Below are positions 18,724 to 28,934 of a stretch of 64,000 bases of DNA, in pieces (positions within the stretch are counted from its first letter, which is position 1; each line of letters starts with the position of its first letter). The translations under genes were made by a program, and so were the position numbers. Under the pieces are notes generated by a model. The model saw only the letters and a program-made list of their open reading frames with translations, was not told the DNA's origin and ran no database searches. The stretch is from contig JAWOCD010000090.1 in assembly GCA_046483985.1 (NCBI GenBank), positions 1-64,000 on the forward strand. The letters are read 5' to 3'. Source of the DNA: Promethearchaeia archaeon (GTDB lineage: Archaea > Asgardarchaeota > Lokiarchaeia > Sigyniarchaeales > SOKP01).

Positions 18724-19220
18724 GGGTATTTCTCTTTAAAGATACTTTCAATGGTTTTATCTTTGGTTTTTTCTTTTTCCAATATCTTCTCCCACTCGGG
18801 TTCAATAATGTCAAATGCCTCTTTAGCTAGCTTCTTTAAATCCTCATCAGAAGATCTCAAAAATGGTCCAATATACGGTAACGCGCGTTTGTCTTTCAGA
18901 CGCGTCAATGATTCAATAATATACTTAATCCGGAACTTATCGCCCTTAAATTTGTCTAATTCTTCCTTCAATTTTTCAATTATTCGCATTGTTGCTCGTG
19001 GATCACCTATTCTTCCAAGAGCTTCAATAATACGGTTTACCACCAGGTGATCCTCTTCTTTTCTTAAAGCCTTGCATAGGAGGTTTGTTGCTCTCTTGTC
19101 TTTTAAATATCCCAATTTTCTGGCTGCTTCCGCCCTTTCTTGCCAATCATCATGATGAAATACATTCCTTATTAGCGAATTATACAATTTATTCTGCTTA
19201 TGCCATTCTTCTGGGACCAT
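18720..19220 (-). CDS. HEAT/PBS-lyase repeat protein
   Basis: R.EAARKLG, IIEALGRIGDPRA repeats. Confidence 0.9.
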   Translation of the reverse strand: MVPEEWHKQNKLYNSLIRNVFHHDDWQERAEAARKLGYLKDKRATNLLCKALRKEEDHLVVNRIIEALGRIGDPRATMRIIEKLKEELDKFKGDKFRIKYIIESLTRLKDKRALPYIGPFLRSSDEDLKKLAKEAFDIIEPEWEKILEKEKTKDKTIESIFKEKYP

Positions 19221-19334
19221 ATTTAATTACACGTTTTCTTTTATTTATTCTTCTTCCTTATATTCTATAAAAATCAGAGAAAATAAAGACATGTACTGAA
19301 AGAAAAAATGAAAATATAAATAAAGATTTCTTGG

Positions 19335-20657
19335 CTATTCTTCTAGTAAGGATTCCATGTGGTCCATTCTTTTCTGAAGAAGGCTTCGCGTGCCTACATC
19401 CGATCGGTGGAATAGATTGCCTTCGATGCTTTTTACTCCTTTTTCCGCAATTTCCTCAGCCTTTTCTAAATCTTTGGCGATGCCTAAGATCCCCATGGCA
19501 CGAGAGGTTGTCGTATAAATTTCCTCGTTTTCTCGATATACTGAGGCATAGTAGTATTTTGCGCCAACCTCCTCGAGTCTTTCATAGTCTATTGAAACTA
19601 ATTGATCCGCTTTCGGAGATTTCGGGTATCCCTCCGGAGCTAGGTACTTACATACCGTTGCTTTATGTTCAAAATTAATCTCGTCCGGTAGCTCACCGTT
19701 GATAATTCCCCAACATAATTTAACAAAATTATCTTTTAAGAGAGGCAAGACATTCATGGCTTCGGGATCGCCGAGTCTGACATTAAATTCTATTAATTTG
19801 ATTCCTTTTGCCGTTTTCATAAATTGACCGTAGAGAAAGCCCTTATATTCCACTCCTGTCTCTGCCTTGACTGCAGCAACCACATTTTTCATATCATTTA
19901 GGGCAATTTCTACATCCTCCTCACTAATAAACGGCATTAGATGGTTTTCCATAGAATACGACCCCATTCCCCCCGTATTCGGGCCTTTATCCCCTTCATA
20001 GGCTCGTTTATGGTCTTGGACTATAGGAGTTCCCACCACTTTTTCTCCGTCTACAAAAGTCTGAATCGTGAATTCTTCTCCGTCTATTTTTTCTTCTAAA
20101 AGGAATTGGCTGTCTCTTTGAATTAACTTTTCGCAATACTCCATCATCTCTTCTTTCGAGAAAAGATGATCTCCGTAAACCTTGACGCCTTTCCCCCCTG
20201 TTAATCCATCTGGCTTCACTACTAAATTTTCTTCTCCTACTTTGTCGATATAATCTTCTACTCCATCCAAGGAAGTAAACTTCTTGCTCTTAACATTAGA
20301 TTCAATTTTATACTTTTCCAGAAGATCTCTCATAAAGACTTTTGACCCTTCCAACTGAGCAGCTTCTATTCTGGGTCCTACACAAGGAATCCCCTTTGAT
20401 TCAAGTGCATCTACGATGCCGAGGCATAAAGGTGCTTCGGGCCCGATAACTGCAAAATTAATATTATTTTCTTTTGCAAATTCGATAATATCTTTAAAAT
20501 TATCTTCGGACCCTATTCTTATTTGTCCCTTACTCAGATCGTCAAGTCCTGCATTTTTAAAACTCATATATGCATATAATTCTGCCCCGCTATTGACTAA
20601 GGCTTCTCCTATTGTATGTTCTCGTGCTCCATGTCCCACAACTAAACAATTTACCAT
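19335..20657 (-). CDS. purD: Phosphoribosylamine--glycine ligase
   Basis: VGHGAREH, IGPEAPL, AAQLEGSK, VVKPDGLTGGKGV, QDHKRAYEGDKGPNTGGMG, EFNVRLGDPE. Confidence 0.97.
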   Translation of the reverse strand: MVNCLVVGHGAREHTIGEALVNSGAELYAYMSFKNAGLDDLSKGQIRIGSEDNFKDIIEFAKENNINFAVIGPEAPLCLGIVDALESKGIPCVGPRIEAAQLEGSKVFMRDLLEKYKIESNVKSKKFTSLDGVEDYIDKVGEENLVVKPDGLTGGKGVKVYGDHLFSKEEMMEYCEKLIQRDSQFLLEEKIDGEEFTIQTFVDGEKVVGTPIVQDHKRAYEGDKGPNTGGMGSYSMENHLMPFISEEDVEIALNDMKNVVAAVKAETGVEYKGFLYGQFMKTAKGIKLIEFNVRLGDPEAMNVLPLLKDNFVKLCWGIINGELPDEINFEHKATVCKYLAPEGYPKSPKADQLVSIDYERLEEVGAKYYYASVYRENEEIYTTTSRAMGILGIAKDLEKAEEIAEKGVKSIEGNLFHRSDVGTRSLLQKRMDHMESLLEE

Positions 20658-20901
20658 TTTCTCTCACAGCTTTATTCTCTTTATTTTAAAATATTTTTTT
20701 GAAATTAATAATATTTATGAAAAAAACATTAAAAAATTCCTTATTAATGATTAATTATTCGCCAAAATTAATTTGAATGTAAGAAGAGTTCTACTAAAAA
20801 GAAAAAAGAGAATTAGTGCTCTGGAAATAGAATATATTCCCCCAAACTTTAAATTGCATTTCCTCGAACTATTGCTTTCCTATGTAGATCCAAATCCTTA
20901 A

Positions 20902-21234
20902 TTAATGCTCAATAACAATATTATCTGCGGGAAATCCTTGATTTATCAAGAATTTCTTTAATTTAAATCGATGATCTCCCCGTAATTCTAAACTATTGTT
21001 CCGAATTGTCCCTCCTGAGGCGCATTTCTTTTTTGCTTTGGTTAATAGTTCACCCAAATCAAGATCGGGGGAAACTGAACCGAATTTTACCATTGTAACG
21101 ACCTTTCCCCATTTTCTCCGTGAATTTTTAATTATAATATGCTGTTCTCCCGCATCTAGGCTTTCACAGACGCAGAGTTCTTTCGGAAAACCACATTTAC
21201 TACAAATACCTTTATCGTTAATCTCGTTCTTCAC
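20902..21234 (-). CDS. sui1: Translation initiation factor aIF1 (SUI1)
   Basis: Archaeal CxxCG.PKELC.C N-terminus, RRKWGK.VT, KKKCASGGT, ELRGDHR. Confidence 0.95.
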   Translation of the reverse strand: MKNEINDKGICSKCGFPKELCVCESLDAGEQHIIIKNSRRKWGKVVTMVKFGSVSPDLDLGELLTKAKKKCASGGTIRNNSLELRGDHRFKLKKFLINQGFPADNIVIEH

Positions 21235-21689
21235 GACCTAAGTTTAAATTAAAATTTTTTGATTTATTTCTAAGATAATATAATCAACCTCAAATAAAAA
21301 CCTTTTGTGATTATCATAATAAGTACATAATGTTTCTGTTTTTTCTCATACCTTGTCCAATCAGAACATTTTTGATTTGGTTCTACTTTTATTATAACCT
21401 ATATCGACCGTGGAAAGTATCACTAATAAAAAAAGGTTACCTAAACATTTGACGATATTTCTTATCCTCTTTCCCCGCATATAAGTTTATTACAGAGATT
21501 CTATCCATATGAAGAAAGAGTGTCCACTCTCCGAAATTTCCCAACTCGTGCAAATTATTAGGCTCAATCCAGAGCTAATCGTCCCTAATTTTGATTGCTA
21601 ATCGAATAGAAGCGATATTTTTCTCTTCGGTCATACGGATTCCTTTATATATATAATTATCGTCAGGATCGTGACAGACCGCCGACCTT

Positions 21690-22330
21690 ATTCCCCTCAA
21701 TCTCAAAGAGCTTGCATTGATCTTTAGGAATAGAATCCAACCGAAATTGGGGCTTTTCTTTTTCTCTCTCTGTTGTCGTACGATCTTAATAGAATTTTAT
21801 TTATTAAAATCTAACGAATAATCCGGAGCAAAATCATTCCACTAAATTTGGAAATCGTGGATTTGAGAGGTTTCATAGAATAATCCAGCACTAGAGTGGG
21901 TATATATTTCAGAGAATCAATTGATCAGACTTCCGGAGTGCATAGGGAATTTGAAAAATTTAGAAAAACTTAGAACCCTTCCAGAGTCCATTGAGGATCT
22001 CGAGCATCTCAAAGAGATGGACTTTGCACATAATCAGCTGACAAATCTTCCGAAACCTATTCGAAACTTGACAAATCTTGAACAATTGGATTTAGCTGGT
22101 AATGGAAGCCTTTTCGACTTTCCGCAACAGATATGTGAGCTCCCGAAGCTTAAATATTTTTCTCTTTCCTTTATAAGCATACATAACCTTCCCGAATGCT
22201 TGATACAAATGAATTCTCTCGAGGGAATGGACCTTTCCAAGACATTTGCCCCGTAAAGCTCTGAGGTAGTGGATTTACTTAAAGGATCGGGAGTACGTTT
22301 TCTCATTAATGAGGATCATCTTGAAAAATA
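21690..22330 (+). pseudogene. Degraded leucine-rich-repeat protein gene
   Basis: ORF 21921-22256 has LPECIGNLKNLEKL, LPESIEDLEHLKEMDFAHNQLTNLP LRRs. LRR-like scraps lie upstream (PLNLKEL..) and a frameshifted tail downstream. Boundaries approximate. Confidence 0.6.
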
Positions 22331-22399
22331 AAAATCGGTACTTTTTTTTCTCATATTTTATTAGTTAATATTATAAACTGAAAATAGGATGAACAAGAA

Positions 22400-23593
22400 A
22401 TGGAAAATAAAGATGTAGTAATATGTTATGCGAAGAGAACCGCCATTGGGAAGTTTGGGGGCTCTCTTTTGCCTTATAATTCGGCGAAATTGCTGAGTCT
22501 TTGTATTGAAGATTGTATTGAAGAGACAGGGATTGATCCGGCTATTATCTCTGATATAAAAGGAGGATGCTGTATGGAGCCGCAAGAAGAAATGAATGTT
22601 TCGCGCGTTGCTGCCTTAAAAGCTGGTATTCCCCAAGAAGTACCCGCGATGACCATTAACAGAGTCTGTACCTCTGCAATGGAGGCCGTACGTTCGGGAA
22701 TGGTTGATATTCAAATGGGTTATGCGGATGTCGTATTAGCAGGTGGTACAGAGAGTATGAGTAATGTTTCATATTATATCCCCTCTGCTCGATTCGGAGC
22801 ACGACTAAGAAATAAGCCTATGAAGTGCGGTATAATGGAGGGGCTACATGCGGGCTCAAAATCCTTTGGTGATGGATATATTATGGGTATGACTGCGGAA
22901 TACTGTGCAGATAAATATAACATTACCCGAGAAATGCAAGATAAAGCTGCCCTCGATTCTCATAATAATGCCGAGAAAGCAACCAAAGAGGGGCGATTTG
23001 ACGATGAAATCATTCCGGTAGAGGTTAAATCCAGGAAAAAAACATACACATTTGATGAAGACGAGCACTTTCGAGAGGGACTGACTATGGAAGATTTAGC
23101 TGGATTAAATCCTGCCTTTAAGGAAGGAGGCACAGTTACCGCAGGAAATTCTTCTGGGATCAATGACGGAGCGTGTATGACTCTCCTTACCACTCCCGAA
23201 AGAGCAGAAGAGTTAGGATTAACTCCGTTAGCAAAAATCGAAACAATTTCTGTCGTAGGAAATGATCCGCGTTTCATGGGGATGGGTCCCATGTATAGCG
23301 CTCCCAAAGCACTCGAACAAGCCGATATAACCATTGACGATATCGGCTTAATCGAGATAAACGAAGCCTTTGCCGCTCCATATGTGGCATGTATGGAAGA
23401 ATTAGGTTGGGATTATGAGATAACCAATGTAAATGGTTCTGGAATAGGATTAGGACATCCTGTTGGCTGCACGGGTGCACGAATAATTGTCACTCTTCTT
23501 CAAGAGATGAAAAAGCGCGATGTGAGTTATGGGCTTGCTTCCCTTTGTGGAGGAGGAGGCGTCTCAGAAGCCACTATCATCCAAAATATCTAG
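22400..23593 (+). CDS. Acetyl-CoA C-acyltransferase (thiolase)
   Basis: TINRVCTSAM (catalytic Cys), AGGTESMS, TAGNSSGINDGA, EINEAFA, GHPVGCTG, LCGGGG. Confidence 0.97.
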   Translation: MENKDVVICYAKRTAIGKFGGSLLPYNSAKLLSLCIEDCIEETGIDPAIISDIKGGCCMEPQEEMNVSRVAALKAGIPQEVPAMTINRVCTSAMEAVRSGMVDIQMGYADVVLAGGTESMSNVSYYIPSARFGARLRNKPMKCGIMEGLHAGSKSFGDGYIMGMTAEYCADKYNITREMQDKAALDSHNNAEKATKEGRFDDEIIPVEVKSRKKTYTFDEDEHFREGLTMEDLAGLNPAFKEGGTVTAGNSSGINDGACMTLLTTPERAEELGLTPLAKIETISVVGNDPRFMGMGPMYSAPKALEQADITIDDIGLIEINEAFAAPYVACMEELGWDYEITNVNGSGIGLGHPVGCTGARIIVTLLQEMKKRDVSYGLASLCGGGGVSEATIIQNI

Positions 23594-23812
23594 ACTCTCT
23601 TTTTTCTTTTATTTTTCTCTTTTTTCACTCATTATTTTTTCTTCTTATTGGGAAGAGGATGCTATTTGGCTATTAGGAATTTAAACCCTCAAGAAGATAC
23701 TTAAGCATTTACGTCGTCTCTATCCTAAAAATTTTTTAAGCTTCATTTAAATATAATATTAATACTAGTTATATTATTCAATTAACATAAAAAAAAGATG
23801 GAGTGAAATAGT

Positions 23813-24166
23813 TTGTATCAAATATTACAACTCATAGGGATATTCACGTATATTGCTGTTTTTTCGTTTGTTCTAATTACTGTATTTATATATTCCGATG
23901 AGGAAACCAAACGGATTTCGGCTTCAATCACCATCTTATTACTCTTACTTATGGCAATGGTATTCATTAGGAGTGCCACGCTCCAATTCTTATTATTTAT
24001 CTTTGTTTTACTTGACGCTATCCATCTCATTTTTACACAATTTATACCGCAATTTTATAGCAGAAGCGAATCTATATTATTTATTGAGGTTCCTAAAGAA
24101 ATTTGGGAGCAAACTAAAGTTCAAGATACTATAATTAAACAAAAACAGAGGAAAAATAAAAGGTAA
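23813..24166 (+). CDS. Small membrane protein, possible Mrp/Mbh-type subunit
   Basis: Three TM helices; 4 nt upstream of the 506-aa antiporter-like gene. Confidence 0.6.
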   Translation: MYQILQLIGIFTYIAVFSFVLITVFIYSDEETKRISASITILLLLLMAMVFIRSATLQFLLFIFVLLDAIHLIFTQFIPQFYSRSESILFIEVPKEIWEQTKVQDTIIKQKQRKNKR

Positions 24167-24170
24167 AAAA

Positions 24171-25691
24171 ATGATATCCATTTTATTATTAGCATCATTC
24201 ACGCCGATTTTTATAATTTTAATAGGGATATTGTTATTATTAAATTTAGACGAGCGGGAAAATCGGAATTCACTCTGTACCCTTCTTTTGGGGATATCGC
24301 TATTCCTTAATACTGTGCTGTTAGTTGTTTATTCCCTTTTGGACTTAAACGAACGTTCATTTAACTTAAATTTCGATGCAGGGACGTTGTTTATAATTGA
24401 AATGATTTTATTGTTGGGATTACTCACTGTTGTCTTTTCTAAGAGAGAAATGGTAAACATCGTGAATGAAAAGCAGTTAAACTCGTTCATTCTGCTAATC
24501 ATACTTTCTTTAATTGGAACGGTATTAACGGCAAATATTTTGATTTCCATCACGTGTTTCCTCTTAACCTTATTCTTTATCGGGGTTTTCTTCTATTTCG
24601 GGCAATTTACGAAAGAGTTTGAGTTATTGCGGTGGTACTTCTTGAGTGTGGGATTAAGCGCAGTTTTATTGTTTTTTGCCTCTTTTTTGCTCCTTTTAGA
24701 GGTAAATACTTTAATAGTTACCGAGATTGTCTTTATAGAAATTTCTCCGGTTAGCAACTTTTTCATCACTGCTTTATTTGTGTTTGGGTTCGGGATCCCA
24801 TGTGGATTATTTCCTTTCTTAATCTTTCACTTAAGGAATTATTTTCAAGATTCCTCTTATAGTTCCTTAATTATATACTTTAACTTTCTTTCGACCACGA
24901 TCTTCTTGATATTGAGAGTTTTAAACATTTTTAGCCTAAGCTATTTACCCAATGGGATTTTAATTCTCATTATTTCATCGATTGGTTTAATTGTTTCGCT
25001 TGTCTATGTTGTAACTGAATTATTTACCTCTTTAGACGGAAACACTTTCTCCATTAAAAAAATATTTGGGTATTCCCTATGTTCTGACTTTAATATTGCC
25101 TTACTCTTTATTTCTTACATAACTATCTTAAAATCCATGAATGGATATTCTCTTTATTTGAATATATTACTTTTCTTATTCTTTTCCCTTATTGCCTTAA
25201 AGTCTCTCTTAGTTTTTTCATTTTTTCCAATAATGGTGGAAACATTTGATGACAATTTTAAACTATTAGGAAGTTTAAAAGAGAAATATCCACGATTTTC
25301 TTATTTATTTCCTATAATTGGGTTAATATTTGCCTTACCGATTACTTTTCTTTTCTTGAATAACGTGATGACCGTGTTTTCTCAAAAGCTGATAATTTCC
25401 AATTCTCTATATTCCTTTATTGCCTTTATGATGGTCGGATTTTACATTTTTTATCTTTTGATTCACCTAATTCTTATCTCCATATTATTCGTCCAGATAT
25501 TTTATGGAAATCGTCCTCGATATATTGAAAGAGAATCTCCTATTCAAATTAGATTGGAGCACTATCGTCCAAGTCTTTTGATTTTTCTTATCATAGGCTT
25601 AATTATAACATTAGGGATATTAGAAGTAGTAGGAGTTCAGAAAAATATATTTTACCAAACATTCAAAATCTTTTTTTTGAATATTAATTGA
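24171..25691 (+). CDS. Divergent proton-conducting membrane transporter (MrpD/NuoN/MbhH-like)
   Basis: About 14 TM helices; FDAGTLF, G.PCGLFPF, SIKKIFGYS, LLGSL...YP remnants of the Proton_antipo_M pattern. Confidence 0.65.
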   Translation: MISILLLASFTPIFIILIGILLLLNLDERENRNSLCTLLLGISLFLNTVLLVVYSLLDLNERSFNLNFDAGTLFIIEMILLLGLLTVVFSKREMVNIVNEKQLNSFILLIILSLIGTVLTANILISITCFLLTLFFIGVFFYFGQFTKEFELLRWYFLSVGLSAVLLFFASFLLLLEVNTLIVTEIVFIEISPVSNFFITALFVFGFGIPCGLFPFLIFHLRNYFQDSSYSSLIIYFNFLSTTIFLILRVLNIFSLSYLPNGILILIISSIGLIVSLVYVVTELFTSLDGNTFSIKKIFGYSLCSDFNIALLFISYITILKSMNGYSLYLNILLFLFFSLIALKSLLVFSFFPIMVETFDDNFKLLGSLKEKYPRFSYLFPIIGLIFALPITFLFLNNVMTVFSQKLIISNSLYSFIAFMMVGFYIFYLLIHLILISILFVQIFYGNRPRYIERESPIQIRLEHYRPSLLIFLIIGLIITLGILEVVGVQKNIFYQTFKIFFLNIN

Positions 25692-25755
25692 AATTAAAAA
25701 TAAACAAATATTACCAACACATAATATGAAAACGGTAATGGTGTGATTTAATCAA

Positions 25756-26154
25756 ATGGAAGCTATTCTGAATAAAATCTATGATTTAATTGAGATTCTC
25801 ACAAAGAGTGATCCAGCTATCTATAGAGTTATTTTATATGACAGCGATGGCAACGAGATTTACCAATATGCCAAGACTTGGAACAAAATGAAAAAATACA
25901 GGACCGTTGGGGCCATGATAAGCCAGATATTCAAAAATGCGGATAAATTTTTTGGATTCTTGAAACATAATTTTTATGATAAATTTACATTTCAATGGTA
26001 TTTTGAAAATACAAAAATTATTGCTGCAGACTCTCAATATGGGTTCATAGCTTTGCTCTGTGAAAATGATGTTGACCTAGGTTTCGTCAAAAAGGTGTTA
26101 CTCCAAAGAGTACTTCCTATGTATCAAAAGATTATGAAACCTATTACTGAATAA
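25756..26154 (+). CDS. Roadblock/LAMTOR (LC7)-fold protein
   Basis: 132 aa; VILYDSDG..I, helix, beta-rich core, ALLCE.DVDLGFVK (roadblock ..LG.. C-terminal helix). Confidence 0.7.
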   Translation: MEAILNKIYDLIEILTKSDPAIYRVILYDSDGNEIYQYAKTWNKMKKYRTVGAMISQIFKNADKFFGFLKHNFYDKFTFQWYFENTKIIAADSQYGFIALLCENDVDLGFVKKVLLQRVLPMYQKIMKPITE

Positions 26155-26169
26155 AAAGCGATTTTTTAC

Positions 26170-26249
26170 CTAAGCCCTAAGATATGCCCACCAGCTAACG
26201 CTTAGTGGACTCGTAGGAATCCCCGTCCTTTAGGGTGGGGAGACTTCAA
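26170..26249 (+). mobile_element. Minimal IS200/IS605 right-end/omegaRNA-like element E7 (family A), ~80 bp
   Basis: 74/75 identity with 193-267; preceded by TTTAC; TCA at 26246-26248 is the stop of the GTPase gene. Confidence 0.85.
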
Positions 26250-27745
26250 TTATTTCTTTTTTCATGTTTAATGAATCTATCCGCGGCTATTTTGATATCC
26301 TCAAATGATAAAGGTCTATCCAAGTTTTCTTGCAATTCCTCTATAAATTGCTGACATAAATCAATTTCCAACTGGGCGTCTTTAAGTTTTAACACTTTTT
26401 GTAAAGCAACAGAGAGATTCTGTTCACTTTTAAGACTTTCAATACGCTCTGCCTTGCTTTTTTTCGTTTGTGGAGATTTCTTGGTTGTTGGAATGTTAAA
26501 CTTTATATCATTTTTAGTCAGCTTTTTTTTGTCTTGTTTACCTTTCTTTTTTGGTTTGGATTTCGGTAATTTTTGCTTTATTTTCGGTTTTTTCGGTTTT
26601 AATTTTTTGTTTTGAGGTCCTTTTTGTTTTCCCTTGGTACTTGGAAGGGCTTTAACTTTAATTTTGCCAGAAAACTTTTTTTGGTCGGGAGCGGAAAATT
26701 TTTTCTTTCGCTTCAAATCTTTCTCAAGTTCTATTTGTTGCTCTCTGCGCTTTTTAAGTTTTCCTAATTTGTTTTCAAATTGGTTAAGTAACGCAAAATT
26801 TTGATACTCATTGGAAATCTTAATAAGTTCTTTATATTTCTGTATAGCTCTCTTCAAATTATCGTTCTCTTCCAGATCTTTAGCCTCTTTCTTTAAATCT
26901 TTAAAATTCTCGGGTAATTGCTCCTTGAATTTTAGTGCGTTCCGAATATGATTAATAAGAGTTTCTTTCGCATTTGGAGAATCGAGGGAGAACGGTTGTA
27001 TTTCCTTAATCTTTAACTGATTTTTGATTTGCCTTATGATGTCATTGTCTGTTAAATCCCTTTTATTTGCTAAGATCAACAGTCTTGAATATTTCCCATC
27101 TTTTTTGGTAAGATTAAGTAAATTGTTTAGGACTTTTAAGTTGTAATTTGAAGCGTCAAAAATGAAAATAATTAAATCTGCACCGCTAATATGTTTTGAC
27201 CATAATAAGGAAAAATTATCATCCAATTGAAAATCCCATACTTCAAAACTGAGTTTATCGATTGTGATGGGACTTTTAACAGCGAAATTCATAATAGATT
27301 TTTGCTTTTCTGATTTAAGAAGGTGAAAAAGAGTTGTTCTCCCCCCATCTTTTGGACCCATAATCGCAATTTTGGAAAGCAAGGATTGTTGTTTCTCATA
27401 TAAGAACTCTATAAACTCCTCCCTTTCTTGTTGGGATTCATTGATGGTTTCAGGGATTGGAAAGCTAATTTTAAACTTTTTTATCGTTTCTGTAATAATT
27501 TCTTGGAGATAATTAAGTTTATCTACTGAATCGGCAACAAATACAAAATAAAGAGAACCTTTTCCTTGATGGTATATCATATGATCCGATATTGGTTGTT
27601 TGAAGGTCTTTCCGGGGGTGGGCAATTCGAGATAATTTTGCAGCATATTCTTCATTTCCTTTATCTTTTCCATCCCCAATCCTTTTGCGAGGGTACAATT
27701 GAAGATAATCTCTTTGTTATGAAATATAATTAGTTGCCGAAACAT
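26246..27745 (-). CDS. Longin-like domain fused to degenerate Arf/Rab-like small GTPase, helical and Lys-rich C-terminus
   Basis: N-terminal MFRQLIIF...LYFVFVAD longin pattern; G1 GPKDGGRTT, G3 WDFQL, ADLIIFIFDAS, G4 ANKRD. Confidence 0.8.
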   Translation of the reverse strand: MFRQLIIFHNKEIIFNCTLAKGLGMEKIKEMKNMLQNYLELPTPGKTFKQPISDHMIYHQGKGSLYFVFVADSVDKLNYLQEIITETIKKFKISFPIPETINESQQEREEFIEFLYEKQQSLLSKIAIMGPKDGGRTTLFHLLKSEKQKSIMNFAVKSPITIDKLSFEVWDFQLDDNFSLLWSKHISGADLIIFIFDASNYNLKVLNNLLNLTKKDGKYSRLLILANKRDLTDNDIIRQIKNQLKIKEIQPFSLDSPNAKETLINHIRNALKFKEQLPENFKDLKKEAKDLEENDNLKRAIQKYKELIKISNEYQNFALLNQFENKLGKLKKRREQQIELEKDLKRKKKFSAPDQKKFSGKIKVKALPSTKGKQKGPQNKKLKPKKPKIKQKLPKSKPKKKGKQDKKKLTKNDIKFNIPTTKKSPQTKKSKAERIESLKSEQNLSVALQKVLKLKDAQLEIDLCQQFIEELQENLDRPLSFEDIKIAADRFIKHEKRNN

Positions 27746-27926
27746 CTTTTCTTTATTAATCCTATTTTTCCAACGTTATTGTAATATATTAATCATAGAA
27801 TTGATTAATAATTTTTTCACATTCTCAACTTCTAAGAAATTATTAAAATTAATTTTAAGAATTAATAATCAATATAAATAATAACGAGATTTATTTGTAA
27901 TCAATAGAGAAATACTAAAAGAAAAG

Positions 27927-28934
27927 ATGCCAATCGAACCAGAGCATATTTTAAAATTTCTGAATGATTCGACGAAGGAGAAAAGAAATTCGGAGTTGCT
28001 GAATTTATTGATTACCCGAATTAATAAGCTCTGTTTTGAGGAATGCCAAATAGATAGAATTGCTTGTACCCTCACTCCAATGTGTACCAGACGGTTTTTA
28101 CTCAAACTTCGTATTATTAATGGATTGGACTTCAACGATCTTCCTAAATTCTGTTACAAGGTACATAAAAACACAGTTTTACGTGATTTTGAAGAAAAAA
28201 CGGTTATCTATAAACCTTTTGATAGTTATTTATACCTAATTGATTTTCTCGATATTTTTTTTCATGCTGAATATCGAAAACTAAATAAATATATTTCCTT
28301 CAAGAATTGGGATGAAGCTTTCAAATTATTTGAAGAGAAAATCCAGAAAACTGGTGCGTTTAACTATTATTTATCAGAAAATAAGAATTTTCTTATTTTC
28401 CACTATGAAGAAAAACTTCATATTATTTTTGTGGAAAAAGATTATGTTTTAACCAATGCTAGGAGGGATAAAATTGCCAGTTTAGAATTACTAAAGGGGA
28501 TTTTTAATCTATTCTCAAAGTTATATTTTCCTGATGTAAAGGTGAAACAAAAATCGAATGGTTATATTACTCTTAAAACAATTATTCCTAAGGACATTAT
28601 TTCGAGAATTGCTCCTCCCGATGAGATTAAGGAGGATTCCGAAGAAGATGAATATTTTCATAATGTTTTTTATACGGATATAGAAGAATTAATGTATTTT
28701 TGTCAACGGATACGGTTAAAAATTGATAGGAACGAAAATTTGGAAATAAAATTATATTTAGGGCTATTGACTAATAATCATAGTGAGCATAATAAACAAG
28801 TACCTTTAAGATATCGAGATATATATAAGATAAGAGATTTTTTAGAAAAATTATACAACAAATTCTATATAATTTGGTTAGATTCGTATCCTTTAAATGT
28901 CGAAGAAGAGGAAGGTGAAATATTAAATGAATGA
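27927..28934 (+). CDS. Conserved hypothetical protein with N-terminal Cys cluster
   Basis: 335-aa ORF; CFEEC..ACTLTPMC..FC; overlaps the next gene. Confidence 0.8.
   Translation: MPIEPEHILKFLNDSTKEKRNSELLNLLITRINKLCFEECQIDRIACTLTPMCTRRFLLKLRIINGLDFNDLPKFCYKVHKNTVLRDFEEKTVIYKPFDSYLYLIDFLDIFFHAEYRKLNKYISFKNWDEAFKLFEEKIQKTGAFNYYLSENKNFLIFHYEEKLHIIFVEKDYVLTNARRDKIASLELLKGIFNLFSKLYFPDVKVKQKSNGYITLKTIIPKDIISRIAPPDEIKEDSEEDEYFHNVFYTDIEELMYFCQRIRLKIDRNENLEIKLYLGLLTNNHSEHNKQVPLRYRDIYKIRDFLEKLYNKFYIIWLDSYPLNVEEEEGEILNE

Noticed and set aside
14924-26248. TGA stops as selenocysteine read-through
   Set aside because: These TGAs come from IS right ends and are followed by element sequence; no selenoprotein family context or SECIS was recognised.
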